Shown here in pieces: positions 24,701-36,580 of a stretch of 64,000 nt of DNA. The first letter of the stretch is position 1; every line of letters begins with the position of its first letter. Position numbers and translations under genes: made by a program. This DNA is from Ostrea edulis. Taxonomy: Eukaryota. The notes beneath the pieces were generated by a model. That model was not told where the DNA came from. It saw only the letters and a program-made list of their open reading frames with translations, and did no database searches. The stretch covers positions 16,244,001 through 16,308,000 of the forward strand of contig NC_079171.1 in the NCBI RefSeq assembly GCF_947568905.1, read 5' to 3'.

Positions 24701-26894
24701 GCATGTATTCGTCATTTTACAAGGTTTCACAAAGTGTTGGACGAGCTCCAAGTACATGTATATTACTTGTGTGTATGTAGAAAATAACTTAATGAAATGG
24801 TCAATTCAATTACGGTTTATTGTTGGGTTATTTAGATTCATAACGTGTACTGTTTGCTGAAAAATTCTCGTCGATCTCTTTAAGATTTCATAAATCTCTG
24901 GCTATTCAAATGGTAAATTTATTTTATTTATTTTGTTAAAACTAACTGACAGTATTTTTCTTCTCTCCAAGTATGCATCATTTAAAACTTATCGGTATAA
25001 CTGCTATAATCCTTAAAGCAAAGCTTTAAAGCTTTACCCAATTTTTTTTTTCACTTTTACTGATCAAAATCTACTGTCTAATGTGTTTGAAAGATTTCAC
25101 ATGAAAATTAAGGTTAAACATCATCACAGAAGCTCATTTTAAAGAGTTTATTATTTGTTTTGTAAACAAAGATTGCGGTATGCTATTGTTTACATAATTT
25201 TCAAAAGAAATGGATATCGATCAAAGTATTATTATATCTTTCAAATTTCAAGCATTTATGAGGTGAAATGTGTCATTTAAAAGTTATAATTTGTGACTTG
25301 GGAAAATTAAGATGCATTATATTACAAAATCAGTATTTCACTTATTTATTTGTTTACATAAAAAGACTTGAGTCTTTGTTTACATAACACCTATTTAAGG
25401 CTAAAATATTGCTTTCATTCTTGCATTCAGAAGGTCAAATTTTGGCTGTCAACATTAAATGAGTTATGTTTCTAATGTTTAACATCAAAAATGAAAAATA
25501 TCGTGAACCAGTAATGAAAAATTCAGCAACATAAACAAGGGAATATTTCTTGACAACATACCCACAACGAGCGCTTCTTACAAACCGCCACAGCCTCGGA
25601 CGCAATCGTCGTATACTCGGACATGGGAACGATGATTACCGAATATAATCGGTTTGCTGAGACCGAAGTCATAGGAAAACGGAAACTGACGTGAGGAAGT
25701 ACACATTTCGTTTGTTTCAAAATATTACATCGTTTCATGAATGACTTCAAGTGTTATAGGTGTAAGAAATTAACAACTACGCAAATGTATCAATCAAATG
25801 AAATTTCTATACAATTAGCATACTAAATCGTCTATAAATCTTACACTTGCGCAGTGCCTCTCTTCTGCATTATTATCCGAGATAATGCACATCGGAGATT
25901 ACCAACAGGAATTACCGTCAGGAAGACAATAATTCACGAATCGACATTCTGTGCTGATTTGACGAGCTTATTGCTTTAGATCCATTCTGAATCAATGAAA
26001 TTATATATATATATTCAATAGCAAATCTGGTACTCTATTTGATTTTCAATGTATTTACCGTCAGCTTGCATTGCTTTAAACATGAAATAAAATTACTCCT
26101 TTTTATCATACAATCTTGTGATAGTCGTGTCTGCTAGATGCCTGCATAAAATACATACAAACTGATAGATTGTGTGTGTAATTGGAAAAAATAATCTACA
26201 TTGTAAATAATTGGTGTACCCAGTTTTCAGACCCATGTGGTAGCGTCAACATGAACATGCAACCGTCAGCATTCTACTCTTGTTATGGATGTTATTATCT
26301 ACAGAAGATCCCTTTCGTGCAGTACGAACCTTGGTCTATGGACAGTGGAGTGAGATATAGACTATTTTCGGTAGACTCTACAGAGTAGACCAAAACCTAT
26401 TGGCAATGTGTCTATATTTATTTCGAAGTTTGATTTTGCTAAAATATTTCTTGTAACAATAGTTAGTATTGATATGTGTACTAATGTACTAATTTTTCTG
26501 ATATATTGTTTTCGACCAAAAATCATTTTCAAATTCAAAGTTTTATATATTTACAGTGTACATCTGGATTGATTATCTCAATGTGAGAATATGTCGCTGT
26601 TTATGAAAGTTCACGGCAAAGTAAACGGCAAAGTAAGACCGAGTCATATTTGGTGTATTGTTAAAGAGATTCTTACTCAGAGGGTGTCTCTTGCAACTTG
26701 CTCTTCTGAAAATAGCTGCACTGTATTTTGTGTTGTATGAATGTTTTTAATTATAACATGCATTACTTCAATGTTTTATCAAAATGAGACCATCTACTAG
26801 AAAATGTGGATAGAATCATCGAGGTAAGTAGAAAAGCTATCCCAGCCATTACGAACCATCGAACTGTTCAGTATTACTTGTGAGGTTTTCGTTC

Positions 26895-27050
26895 TGTACG
26901 TTTGTTTGTCTTCATTCATATTCGCAGTTTAAGGTCAAGTACCACACAAATTTAGACCTATGATTAGTGTTCAGGGTCGTAGCAGTGAAGGTTATTTAAC
27001 GGTGTCTCCATTCCTAGGGTAATGTCCGAAAGACTCAGCTTTCTCATAAG
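26895..27050 (-). mobile_element. Partial Deu/Nin-core SINE
   Basis: aaatttagacctatgattagtgttcagggtcgtagcagtgaagg matches the other copies. Confidence 0.5.
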
Positions 27051-27584
27051 TAAACTTAAATAAGTATTAGAATCTCTGAATTCACAATTCAATTTAAAGA
27101 CTAACGCTATTCATTCCATGCTGTCCCCCTGCAGACCTGGTGTGATAGTGCGCGGTGTACGCCTGCCGTAACAGCCATGTCTTGGGGAATCTCTGTTAAA
27201 AACCAGATCCACTGTTAGTCATCAAATTTACCGATGTGACGACAAAATATAATTATTTTATTCATAATTATAGCACGTTTACTAGAATATCAATTATTTC
27301 AAGTTTACAAATCATTAAAGGAAAATATTTCGTAAACTGGAGTATACGAAATCAGAGAAAGGATTGTGAATCGCTGAAAACGACAGCGCTCTACCTTAAC
27401 TAAGGTATAACTAAAACATAACAAGACATCAGGTATTTGCTGAAACCCGGAAAATACCGGGGCTTTGTTCTCTATGTCCTCAAGGTTACCTTCCTTTTAT
27501 TTCCCTCGTAGTCTATAAAGCCGCGAAGGCATTGTGAAAAAAAATCAATGTAGGATTCAAGCACGTTTTCCAGCTGTAGTACAG

Positions 27585-27762
27585 GACACTTCTGTCCGGT
27601 CACTCTCCAGCTAAAATCTACGACACTTCTGTCCGGTCACTCTCCAGCTATAATCTACGACACTTCTGTCCGGTCACTCTCCAGCTATAATCTACGACAC
27701 TTCTGTCCGGTCACTCTCCAGCTATAATCTACGACACTTCTGTCCGGTCACTCTCCAGCTAC
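27585..27762. repeat. 37-bp minisatellite x5
   Basis: gacacttctgtccggtcactctccagctataatctac at 27585, 27622, 27659, 27696, 27733. Confidence 0.95.
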
Positions 27763-29034
27763 AATATTTTACCCAACGTCTCACGTTATTGGGGTAGCGT
27801 CTATTCTACATGCATCATACTCTCTTGTAAGGTTAAAGGACACAACGCATGTTTCTAAACTTTTTCATTTTTTCAGCAAAATTAACTCTTTTTATGCCTA
27901 AAACTACTTTAAATGTGTTTTAAATGAAATATTTTGCGTAGTTTTCGAGTTTGAAAGCGATGAAATTCAAATCTTGCGATATGCATATTTTCTTTCGCTA
28001 GTTTACGCGTCATTATGTGTGACGTCATATGCGCCTTCGGGTTTGAAAACATCTATTAGCCATTTCATAAACAGATTAGATTTAATCGACAAAAAAAACA
28101 ATTATCATGTCAACGGTTTGTAAATAATAATGCATTAAGACGTTTTGTGCCAAGCTCGGGTGTACTAGTTGTCGGTAGAAAAGATTTAGACTGAGTATTT
28201 TTCAATTTTTCGAAGGAAGGTACGAGAAAAAAGACGTGGATAATTTTTTTGTTGGAGCAAGAACTTTACATTAAAAAACACACCCAGTCACCTTTTCAAA
28301 CACCGCTTGGACAGAGACCCTGATAAACTGCGAGAAAATGGATATATCGAAGCTATAAGCACTGGTAGGCCTATAGCATACACTCTGTTTTGCTCTTCAA
28401 ATTCAATACACACCCGGATCAACTGACCTTCACCTTGTAACAACATATATCGACGATACAATGTAACTTCTACCAACTGGTAGATTTACAACAACAACAA
28501 AAAATTAAAGATACAAAATAATTGAACTTTTAATTATACTAATAATAGAATATTGTATTTCCTATCTTAAAATTGAATTATAAAATTATTTCCTTATTGA
28601 ACTCGTAGCATCTTGAGTGCGTCAGTGGGCTATAACGCCGTGCTCCCACTTCGTACTTCCTAGAGACGTGCAGATCACAATTCAAAAATAGTAATAAGAT
28701 TGCTTTACCAAAATAAAATAATGTGATTACCACTTCAAATTTGAATATTTTTATCGATTTGTGTGTGTGTTGTCTTTTTCTTTCTTTCCGAAATGCATGC
28801 GTGACAATAGCTTGGCATAGGGCCTATGGTTGTCAACAATTTAATGTTATGAACTATAATTTGAATATGTAATTCCGGAATAATGCGTGGTTCTTATATT
28901 AGTATTGACATGCGCATGAATATACAATAATAAAGTAGTTCCTAAAATGGCAGATACCACGTTGTTTGATTTCTGCTGTTGTTGACCGAGTCAACCCTGT
29001 TCTACCGAGCAGACATAACATATTGGAGACGAGG

Positions 29035-30138
29035 ATGGCCAAATCAGTTATCGGACGAATCGAGGTATATGATAGCCATGTGGAAACGTGGGATTCATAT
29101 AGTGAAAGACTGGAACAGTATTTTCTGTGCAACGAGGTGAAAGTCGAGAAGAAAGTTCCCGCGCTATTGAGTTTGGTGGGAGGCCCAACCTATCAGCTCT
29201 TGAGAGGCTTGACTGCGCCTAAAAAGCCAAGTGAATGTGAGTATGCTGAACTCATTAAAACACTCAGTGACCACTTGAACCCTAAACCCGTAGTTATATC
29301 TGAGAGATTCAGATTTTACAAGAGGGATCAACGTGAGGGAGAGAGTATCCGTGATTACCTCGCACAATTGCGCAAATTATCAGAACATTGTGACTTTAAA
29401 CAAAACTTGAGTGAGTCGATTCGTGATCGCCTAGTCTGTGGACTTCGCAGTGAGGCCATACAAAACAAATTATTAGCGGAGAAAGATCTCACGTTGGAAA
29501 TAGCGGTACAGATATCACAAGCTATGGAGACAGCGTCACGTGATGCCACCGAATTGCAAGCTAAGCATGTAGGCCTAGGCGTTAACAAGATTAATGTGAA
29601 ACGTAAGGGATCCGGAGGACCTAAGCAGGGCACATCTCATCCGAAAGGTCAAGGACGTGGTGTGACACAAGAAAAGTCGAAGGGGCTGAAATGCTTTCGG
29701 TGTCATAGTACGCGTCATCACCCTAAGGACTGTTACTTTAAAGATGAACAATGCTACAAATGCAAAAAAATTGGCCATTGCAAGAAAGTGTGCAGAAATA
29801 GAGCTGTCAACAGTCTAGAAGCCGAGAATAGTGATTACAGTGATGACTTTAACGAGAGTCTCGTAGCCACTTTGCATGTGAATTCCTTGGACAATACACA
29901 CCTGAATGCCATTATTTTGGAGCCTATCATTCATAACAGGAAAATCCGGATGGAGTTGGACACTGGAGCTGCAGTATCCGTTATGTCAGAAAGGAAATTT
30001 CGTGAACATTTTCCTGACAAAGTTGACAGTCTAAAAAAAAACACATTTGCGTTTACGTACATACACAGAGGAGGTGTTAAAACCCAAAGGTGTAGCACGT
30101 GTACCAGTTACATATGGAAATCAAAGGAAGGAACTTAA
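29035..30138 (+). CDS. gag: Gag (two CCHC knuckles) and aspartic protease N-part
   Basis: MAKSVIGRIEVY..VISERFRFYKRDQ..IRDRLVCGL; CFRCHSTRHHPKDC and CYKCKKIGHCKKVC; MELDTGAAVS. Frame lost at an A9 run (~30033-41). Confidence 0.9.
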   Translation: MAKSVIGRIEVYDSHVETWDSYSERLEQYFLCNEVKVEKKVPALLSLVGGPTYQLLRGLTAPKKPSECEYAELIKTLSDHLNPKPVVISERFRFYKRDQREGESIRDYLAQLRKLSEHCDFKQNLSESIRDRLVCGLRSEAIQNKLLAEKDLTLEIAVQISQAMETASRDATELQAKHVGLGVNKINVKRKGSGGPKQGTSHPKGQGRGVTQEKSKGLKCFRCHSTRHHPKDCYFKDEQCYKCKKIGHCKKVCRNRAVNSLEAENSDYSDDFNESLVATLHVNSLDNTHLNAIILEPIIHNRKIRMELDTGAAVSVMSERKFREHFPDKVDSLKKNTFAFTYIHRGGVKTQRCSTCTSYIWKSKEGT

Positions 30139-30557
30139 CCTATATGTTGTTCAAAAGATGGGCCATCGCTATTTGGCCGAGAATGGTTAGCTCACATTAC
30201 CTTGGATTGGCCTTCTATCAAATCTTTGTCAGTTGCAACAAGTAAAGTTTCAGGCACATGTTCCAAAGGGACAAAACATAAGTTATCTGAGATCTTGGGA
30301 AAACATGGACAGATTTTCAAGGATGACATGGGAACCGTTAAAGGAATCAAAGCGTCATTGAAACTGAAGGAAAGTGCACAACCCAAGTTTTGCAAAGCAC
30401 GTCCCGTGGCGTATTCGTTGAAACAAAAAGTTGAAAAGAACTGAACAAGTTAGTCGACAGTGGTGTCATTACAAAGATAGATTACAGTGAATGGGCTACA
30501 CCTATCGTACCAGTCATAAAATCGGACGGTAGTGTTCGGATTTGTGGTGACTTCAAA

Positions 30558-33074
30558 GTGACTGTGAACCCTGTCCTTGAAATTGACCAATATCCGCTCC
30601 CAAGGATTGAGGACATTTTTGCGGCATTGTCCAGAGGTCAACGATTTACCAAGTTAGATTTACGCCATGCGTACTTACAAATGACTGTAGATGACGAATC
30701 CAGAAAATTATTGACTATCAATACTGAAAAGGGATTGTACAGATACAACAGATTAGTATTTGGTGTGGCCTCAGCGCCAGCCATGTGGCAGCGCACAATC
30801 GATACTGTGTTACAAGGGCTGGCCGGGGTAAAATGTATAATGGATGACATGATCATCACAGGAACGAGTGAAGAAGAACACTTACAAAATTTGGAAGCAG
30901 TACTGCAGAGACTGGATGACTACAATTTGCGAGTAAACTTAGATAAGTGTGAGTTTTTCAGGGAGCGCGTTTCATATTGTGGACATGAAATCGACAGTGA
31001 AGGATTACACAAAACACAGGCAAAAATCGATGCAGTTATCAATGCTCCAAAGCCGACACATGTATCGGAGTTGCGTTCATTCCTAGGAATTGTGAACTAT
31101 TATGCCAGATTTCTGCCAAATCTGTCTAGCACATTATATCCGTTACATCAGCTGTTGTCAAAGGAGAAGAAATGGGAGTGGACCCCTAAATGTGATAGAG
31201 CCTTCTTGGATATTAAACGAATGATAACATCCGAAGAAGTTCTGACACACTACAATCCCGATCAGCCAGTACGATTAGCTTGTGATGCTTCGCCATACGG
31301 CATAGGATGCGTCTTATCACATGTGATGGATGATGGGTCAGAAAGGCCTATTGCGTATGCCTCACGATCACTATCGGCTGCAGAGAAAAACTATTCACAG
31401 ATTGACCGCGAAGCCTTGGGTATAGTGTGGGGTGTAAAGCGTTTCAATACCTATTTATATGGGAGACATTTTACGTTACTCACCGATCACAAGCCGTTAG
31501 TGTCTATTTTTCATCCAGAAAAGGGAATTTCAACAACTTCAGCTGCACGCATGCAAAGATATGCTTTATTTCTATCAGGATATGATTATGAAATCATGTA
31601 CAAAAATACTAAAACGCATGGAAATGCAGACAGTTTATCGCGACTGCCATTATCCGAATGTGAAACTTCCGAAGACACTAGTGTTGACATAATGTACATG
31701 TCGCAAATTGAACAGTTACCAATTACGAGCGCCAAAATAAAACAGGAAACTGGACGCGACACAGTTTTATCGCATGTATACGAGTCTGTCATGAATGGGT
31801 GGATCACATACATTAAATCAGAGGACAAGGACCTGTATCCGTACTTCAGCCGCAGAGATGAATTAGCTGTGCACAACGGATGTCTTCTATGGGGTATGCG
31901 TGTGATAATTCCACTGAAATTGAGAAGCCATGTTCTGAACGATCTGCATGTAGGGCATATTGGGATAGCAAAAATGAAGGCCTTGGCCAGGAGTTTGGTG
32001 TGGTGGCCAGGCATCGACCAAGACATTGAAAATATTTCAAAATCATGTGCAGGATGTAGCGAATTTAAACGTTCACCACCATCCGCCCCAGTTCACCCAT
32101 GGGAGTGGCCCACTAGCCCATGGGAGCGTGTTCATATTGACTTTGCCGGGCCATTTTTGAACTCAATGTTTTTTATAGCAGTTGACGCCCATTCAAAGTG
32201 GCCGGAAGTGATCCAAATGCGCGAAACGACATCAGATCTTACTATTGATGTGTTGCGATGCATATTCTCTAGAAATGGAGTGCCGAAAGTCTTAGTGAGT
32301 GACAATGCTGACTTTCAGAAATTTACCAAAGCCAATGGCATAAAACATGTGACCTCCGCTCCTTACCACCCAAGTTCCAATGGACTAGCTGAGCGGTTTG
32401 TCCAATCTTTTAAGTCAGCCATGAAAGCAAGTAAAAAAGACAGCGGATCTTTACAAACCAAATTGGCAAATGTTCTTTTAGCATACAGAAATGCTTCACA
32501 TGCAACCACGGGAGAGTCTCCTGCAAAACTATTTCTTGGACGCACTTTATCATCTAGACTGGATTTGGTGAAACCGAACACTGAGCGGGATGTCAAGAGT
32601 AAGCAATTTGACATGGCTAACAAAAGAGGAAGTCCACTACGTGCGTTCGAACCAGGAAGGGAGGTGATTGTAAGAGACTACCGTAAAAACGCAATATCAA
32701 ACTGGGTATCCGGAACTATCAGTGAACAAAATGGCCCAGTCTCATATCGTGTAGAAGTGGCACCAGGTCAAACGTGGAGACGACACATTGATCAGATTCA
32801 GGAGTTCGCGGCCAACGTCAGTGCATCAGATACACCTATTACAAATGATATCTCTGTAAATCAGCAATCCGGTGCTATTCCCAGGCAGGACTCACAGCTT
32901 GATTCGCGAAGTCAAGATATCCGTATGTCTAGTCAGGATAGTCAACCACCTAGTCAAGAGGTCAGTACTCCACCTCAGATTCAGCAAACTGATCAGCGTT
33001 CGGAACCGAGAAGAAATCCAAGGCGCACAGCTGGTCCGCCAAGTCGTTACAAAGACTTTGTATCGTGCAAGTGA
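30558..33074 (+). CDS. pol: Pol: RT, RNase H, integrase
   Basis: FTKLDLRHAYLQ, RLVFGVASAP, CIMDDMII, LACDASPYG, YSQIDREAL, HVGHIG..WWPGID..CAGC, HIDFAGP, SDN, NGLAERF. Linked to gag through frameshifted segments. Confidence 0.9.
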   Translation: MTVNPVLEIDQYPLPRIEDIFAALSRGQRFTKLDLRHAYLQMTVDDESRKLLTINTEKGLYRYNRLVFGVASAPAMWQRTIDTVLQGLAGVKCIMDDMIITGTSEEEHLQNLEAVLQRLDDYNLRVNLDKCEFFRERVSYCGHEIDSEGLHKTQAKIDAVINAPKPTHVSELRSFLGIVNYYARFLPNLSSTLYPLHQLLSKEKKWEWTPKCDRAFLDIKRMITSEEVLTHYNPDQPVRLACDASPYGIGCVLSHVMDDGSERPIAYASRSLSAAEKNYSQIDREALGIVWGVKRFNTYLYGRHFTLLTDHKPLVSIFHPEKGISTTSAARMQRYALFLSGYDYEIMYKNTKTHGNADSLSRLPLSECETSEDTSVDIMYMSQIEQLPITSAKIKQETGRDTVLSHVYESVMNGWITYIKSEDKDLYPYFSRRDELAVHNGCLLWGMRVIIPLKLRSHVLNDLHVGHIGIAKMKALARSLVWWPGIDQDIENISKSCAGCSEFKRSPPSAPVHPWEWPTSPWERVHIDFAGPFLNSMFFIAVDAHSKWPEVIQMRETTSDLTIDVLRCIFSRNGVPKVLVSDNADFQKFTKANGIKHVTSAPYHPSSNGLAERFVQSFKSAMKASKKDSGSLQTKLANVLLAYRNASHATTGESPAKLFLGRTLSSRLDLVKPNTERDVKSKQFDMANKRGSPLRAFEPGREVIVRDYRKNAISNWVSGTISEQNGPVSYRVEVAPGQTWRRHIDQIQEFAANVSASDTPITNDISVNQQSGAIPRQDSQLDSRSQDIRMSSQDSQPPSQEVSTPPQIQQTDQRSEPRRNPRRTAGPPSRYKDFVSCK

Positions 33075-34262
33075 TTCCGTTTATGATTGCAGTGTTTCAG
33101 GGGCATAATAATCCCCTTGCAATCTATTTGGGGCCAGAAAGGTCTCTTTTTCTTTGTTTTTTTTTAGTATTCGTGTTAGCAATTATGTTGCACCGTGACA
33201 AAGTGTATTTTGTTCAGATTATGTGTTCAAGTTAATTGATTGAAAGCTTGTTATTATTACTGAAAGAAGAAAATATAATTTTGTCATTCTAGCGATGAAC
33301 AGTGAATTATCATTAGAACAATTCAATCCTTAAAAGGAACTTTTAGCATATGGACTTTTCCCCATGGACTATCATATTTGGTGGGAAGGAATGTTATGAA
33401 CTATAATTTGAATATGTAATTCCGGAATAATGCGTGGTTCTTATATTAGTATTGACATGCGCATGAATATACAATAATAAAGTAGTTCCTAAAATGGCAG
33501 ATACCACGTTGTTTGATTTCTGCTGTTGTTGACCGAGTCAACCCTGTTCTACCGAGCAGACATAACATTTAACGCATCATAATTTGTCTAATCCAAAAAT
33601 AAATAATGATTGCACTGTTTATTTTAGAAAAACAGCATCAATTACAGATGTCTAAAGGAATAACATCCCCAAACAGTTTGTAGACAGCGACCCATATAAA
33701 CATTATTTACTCACAATATTGCCGATTTCATACACGATTTACTCGCTATATTTGGGTATTTACATCGTTATATGTGTGCACTGGTGGCGAACACATATAA
33801 AACTCGGACAATTTGTCAACATCGATTTAAATGTTGCCCATGGTAAATAAATTAGGCCCCTAAAAGTTGAGTTTTTAATAATATCTTGCAGTACTTTCAC
33901 AATCCGAAGGGCGCATGTGAAGTCACTGTACCACGTGACTACCTACCTAATTATCTAGACTTTTTGAAATCGGGGCTTAGATTTAAGTCTGTATTGTGGT
34001 TAATTATCGCAAAATTTCGGCGAACGAACTATTAGAATTAATTACTATAAGCATAAAGAAGACGAAATGCATGTAATGTTGTAAACTTTGAAAACATGAG
34101 ATGTGTCCTTTAACAAACATTCTTATAGTACTCTACATTACGCTAATGAATTACCGGTTTATCTCGCATAGGTATTGACTTATATAGTTCTGTACATTAA
34201 CTTTATTATAACAAAGAAGTTCTACAGCGTTTATTAATCAGGCTTCTCATTGACTCAAATTT

Positions 34263-34435
34263 GACACGTTGGATTATTTATGTGGGAGTTAACTGGACTG
34301 GGGTACCCGGAGGAGACACACTTATTGGATTATTTATGTGGGAGTTAACTGGACTGGGGTACCCGGAGGTGACACACTTATTGGATTATTTATGTGGGAG
34401 TTAACTGGACTGGGGTACCCGGAGGAGACCCACTT
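34263..34435. repeat. ~57-bp tandem x3
   Basis: ttggattatttatgtgggagttaactggactggggtacccggagg repeated. Confidence 0.9.
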
Positions 34436-34746
34436 GCACGATTGGGCAACCAATACCCCCAGTTATCCACTGTCAATTATAAGGATCGAACTAGAGTCAC
34501 AACAGTGAAAAGCGATTGCGTTGACCAGTACTCGACCGGGACATGCATACATTTCCATAGGATTACTAGTCTATCTCATACTAATTGTGACTAATAGTAC
34601 TGTACTTTATCTATATAGATTACTAGTCTAGATTACTAGTCTATCTCATACTAATTGTGACTGGTACAAGTGTAGTATAACTTATGGATTGTTATTCTAG
34701 ACAGACCTGTATCTTGAAACTGTAGGGCAAAATGCAAAACAAGTAC

Positions 34747-34905
34747 AATGGATCAGTACAGAAATGAGATCAGTATAGGACTGGGTATGGATCAGTACAG
34801 AAATGAGATCAGTATAAGACTGGGTATGAATCAGTACAGAAATGAGATCAGTATAAGACTGGGTATGAATCAGTACAGAAATGAGATCAGTATAGGACTG
34901 GGTGG
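34747..34905. repeat. 39-bp tandem x4
   Basis: atggatcagtacagaaatgagatcagtataggactgggt. Confidence 0.9.
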
Positions 34906-35097
34906 CTACAGGAACTGCAGCAGAAACGGAAGAAGTGGGTCAGTATCAGGACTTACATCAATACATCGCACGTAGACGTGTATATATTGTTATTAATGAT
35001 AGAATTAGAAAATGAGTCTTAAAATATCTCATGAAATGTAAAGGGACAGTCAAATGGTTTTAAAGGAAATAATACATCATGATTGCTTTAATTTTAG

Positions 35098-36355
35098 AAC
35101 ACGGACGAGATTTTAATGCTGATATAAAGGTTACCTCTGTTCAAAAGGACTTATTTCATAACCAATCACTGCGATTTCACCAGTTTATTATTTAGTTTTA
35201 AATACTTTCACTTTTATAATGAAACATCTTAAAACATACTTAAGCTTTTTGATTTGTGCTCAAATAATAACCATTGCAGAATCGACTTGCGAAGGGTCAG
35301 TATACATATGTCGCATGAGGGGTCAGTATAGATATGTCGCATGAGGGGTCAGTATAGATATGTCGCATGAGGGGTCAGTATAGATATGTCGCATGAGGGA
35401 CGTGACTTTAATTCTTAAACATGATAATTACGAGTTTACCCTTTCATTTTTCAGAAAAGAGGCTGTCATTTGCTGTTGTGGTTACAGAAGGAAAGCACGA
35501 AACAAAATCTCTACTAGTGAGTATCCATCTTCCCGCTCCATGTTCAGTATCTCATGGCCATAATGCGTGTCTCTACATAGATCAAAAACGTGTTCCTTAG
35601 ACTATGTCATAAATATTTAAAGTACTATGGCGTTACAGTGGGTAATACAATTGAAAATTGATGAATTAAATTCATTTATATACAATACATCTGTGTACGG
35701 CTGGCTACGTTTTCATACACATTTGGAAAAGTCAATATATTCTCGTTACATGGAACTACATGTACATGAAAAGTAAATATGAATTTCAATCATCAACTGA
35801 TGTTTCATTCTCAATAAGTCGTCACTCCGTAAATCAATATGCATATAATTGTTCTGTAGATAACCCATTCAAGGGATTAGCTGCGAAGAGAACATCAGAC
35901 ACTCACAAAAATCCTGTTACCCCTCCTTCTGCAGTCTTGCCATCCACAGACAGAAGTCAGGCAGCTGAAGCCACTCAGTCTCATTATCCATCATCTCTGG
36001 AGGAAAAATTGACATTAATCATCAACAGATTATCAACTAATCCACAAAGTCAAACAGACAGCGCGTTACACGTTCCTCTACAGATAGGCATGGCGTTGAT
36101 TCTGTTGCTTCTTTTATTTTGATTGTGGTATATCTTGTTAAAAAGGGATCGAAATGTGCAAGGTCCTTAAAATCAAGGCCATCAGGAATGCTACCACGAA
36201 ATTCCTACGATTACCATTGTTTCCAAATTGAGAAACAATCGTCCTCGTCTATCACCTCTGATGGAGTTTTCTACGATGAGATTACAGAAGTAAGGATGAA
36301 CTACTATGATGAACGAAAGCCATATACTCTGGGACTTCGAACACAATCAGTGTGA
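35098..36355 (+). pseudogene. Decayed paralog of the 14082-17119 receptor gene
   Basis: Homologous exons 35280-35295, 35455-35516 (conserved Trp and Cys lost) and 35860-36355. EGF exon absent; 1-bp deletion in the TM segment (~36118); early TGA at 36353-55. Confidence 0.8.
35294..35398. repeat. 26-bp tandem x4 starting at a splice donor
   Basis: gggtcagtatagatatgtcgcatgag; GT at 35296, 35322, 35348, 35374. Confidence 0.9.
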
Positions 36356-36491
36356 TTCATTTCTTTTTAATGCATATAGAATTTATATCAAGATGGAAAG
36401 ACGATATTATCTGGAAATGAAATATAACGAGGATTACCAAAGACAAAACATTGTAAATAGTTTAACATATCGTCGCTCTCCGCAATAATAA

Positions 36492-36580
36492 TCCCTCCCA
36501 GGCACCTGCTATATGTTTGCCCCACTCTCTATTTTGTTTTGCTTATTTGAGTTATGAGATGGATCAATGTTCATTATCTT
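36492..36580 (+). mobile_element. Degenerate Penelope-like 3' tail fragment
   Basis: ccctcccaggcacctg..tttgccccactctctattttgttttgctta..gagttatgagatggatcaatgttcattatcttc. Confidence 0.5.

Larger units (their letters stand above)
28845..33567 (+). mobile_element. Full-length Gypsy (Mag-like) LTR retrotransposon
   Basis: Identical 176-bp LTRs (28845-29020, 33392-33567), TG..CA ends, 5-bp TSD TTTAA, PBS-like tggagacgagg, PPT ggtgggaaggaa. Confidence 0.97.
27837..34109. mobile_element. Kolobok-type non-autonomous element (~1.5 kb) carrying a nested Gypsy
   Basis: TTAA flanks at 27833-36 and 34110-13; TIR aggacacaacgcatgtttctaaacttt vs (rc) aggacacatctcatgttttcaaagttt; shared subterminal tgac.tca.atgcgcc.ttcgg motif. 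Confidence 0.65.

Noticed and set aside
27585-27762. Regular repeats resembling a CRISPR array (also 42551-43050, 57654-58176)
   Set aside because: Head-to-tail units with no unique spacers, eukaryotic context and no cas genes.
30841-30852. RT motif IMDD instead of YxDD as evidence of inactivation
   Set aside because: The other plus-strand Gypsy has ILDD, and I recall such variants in this lineage; not diagnostic.
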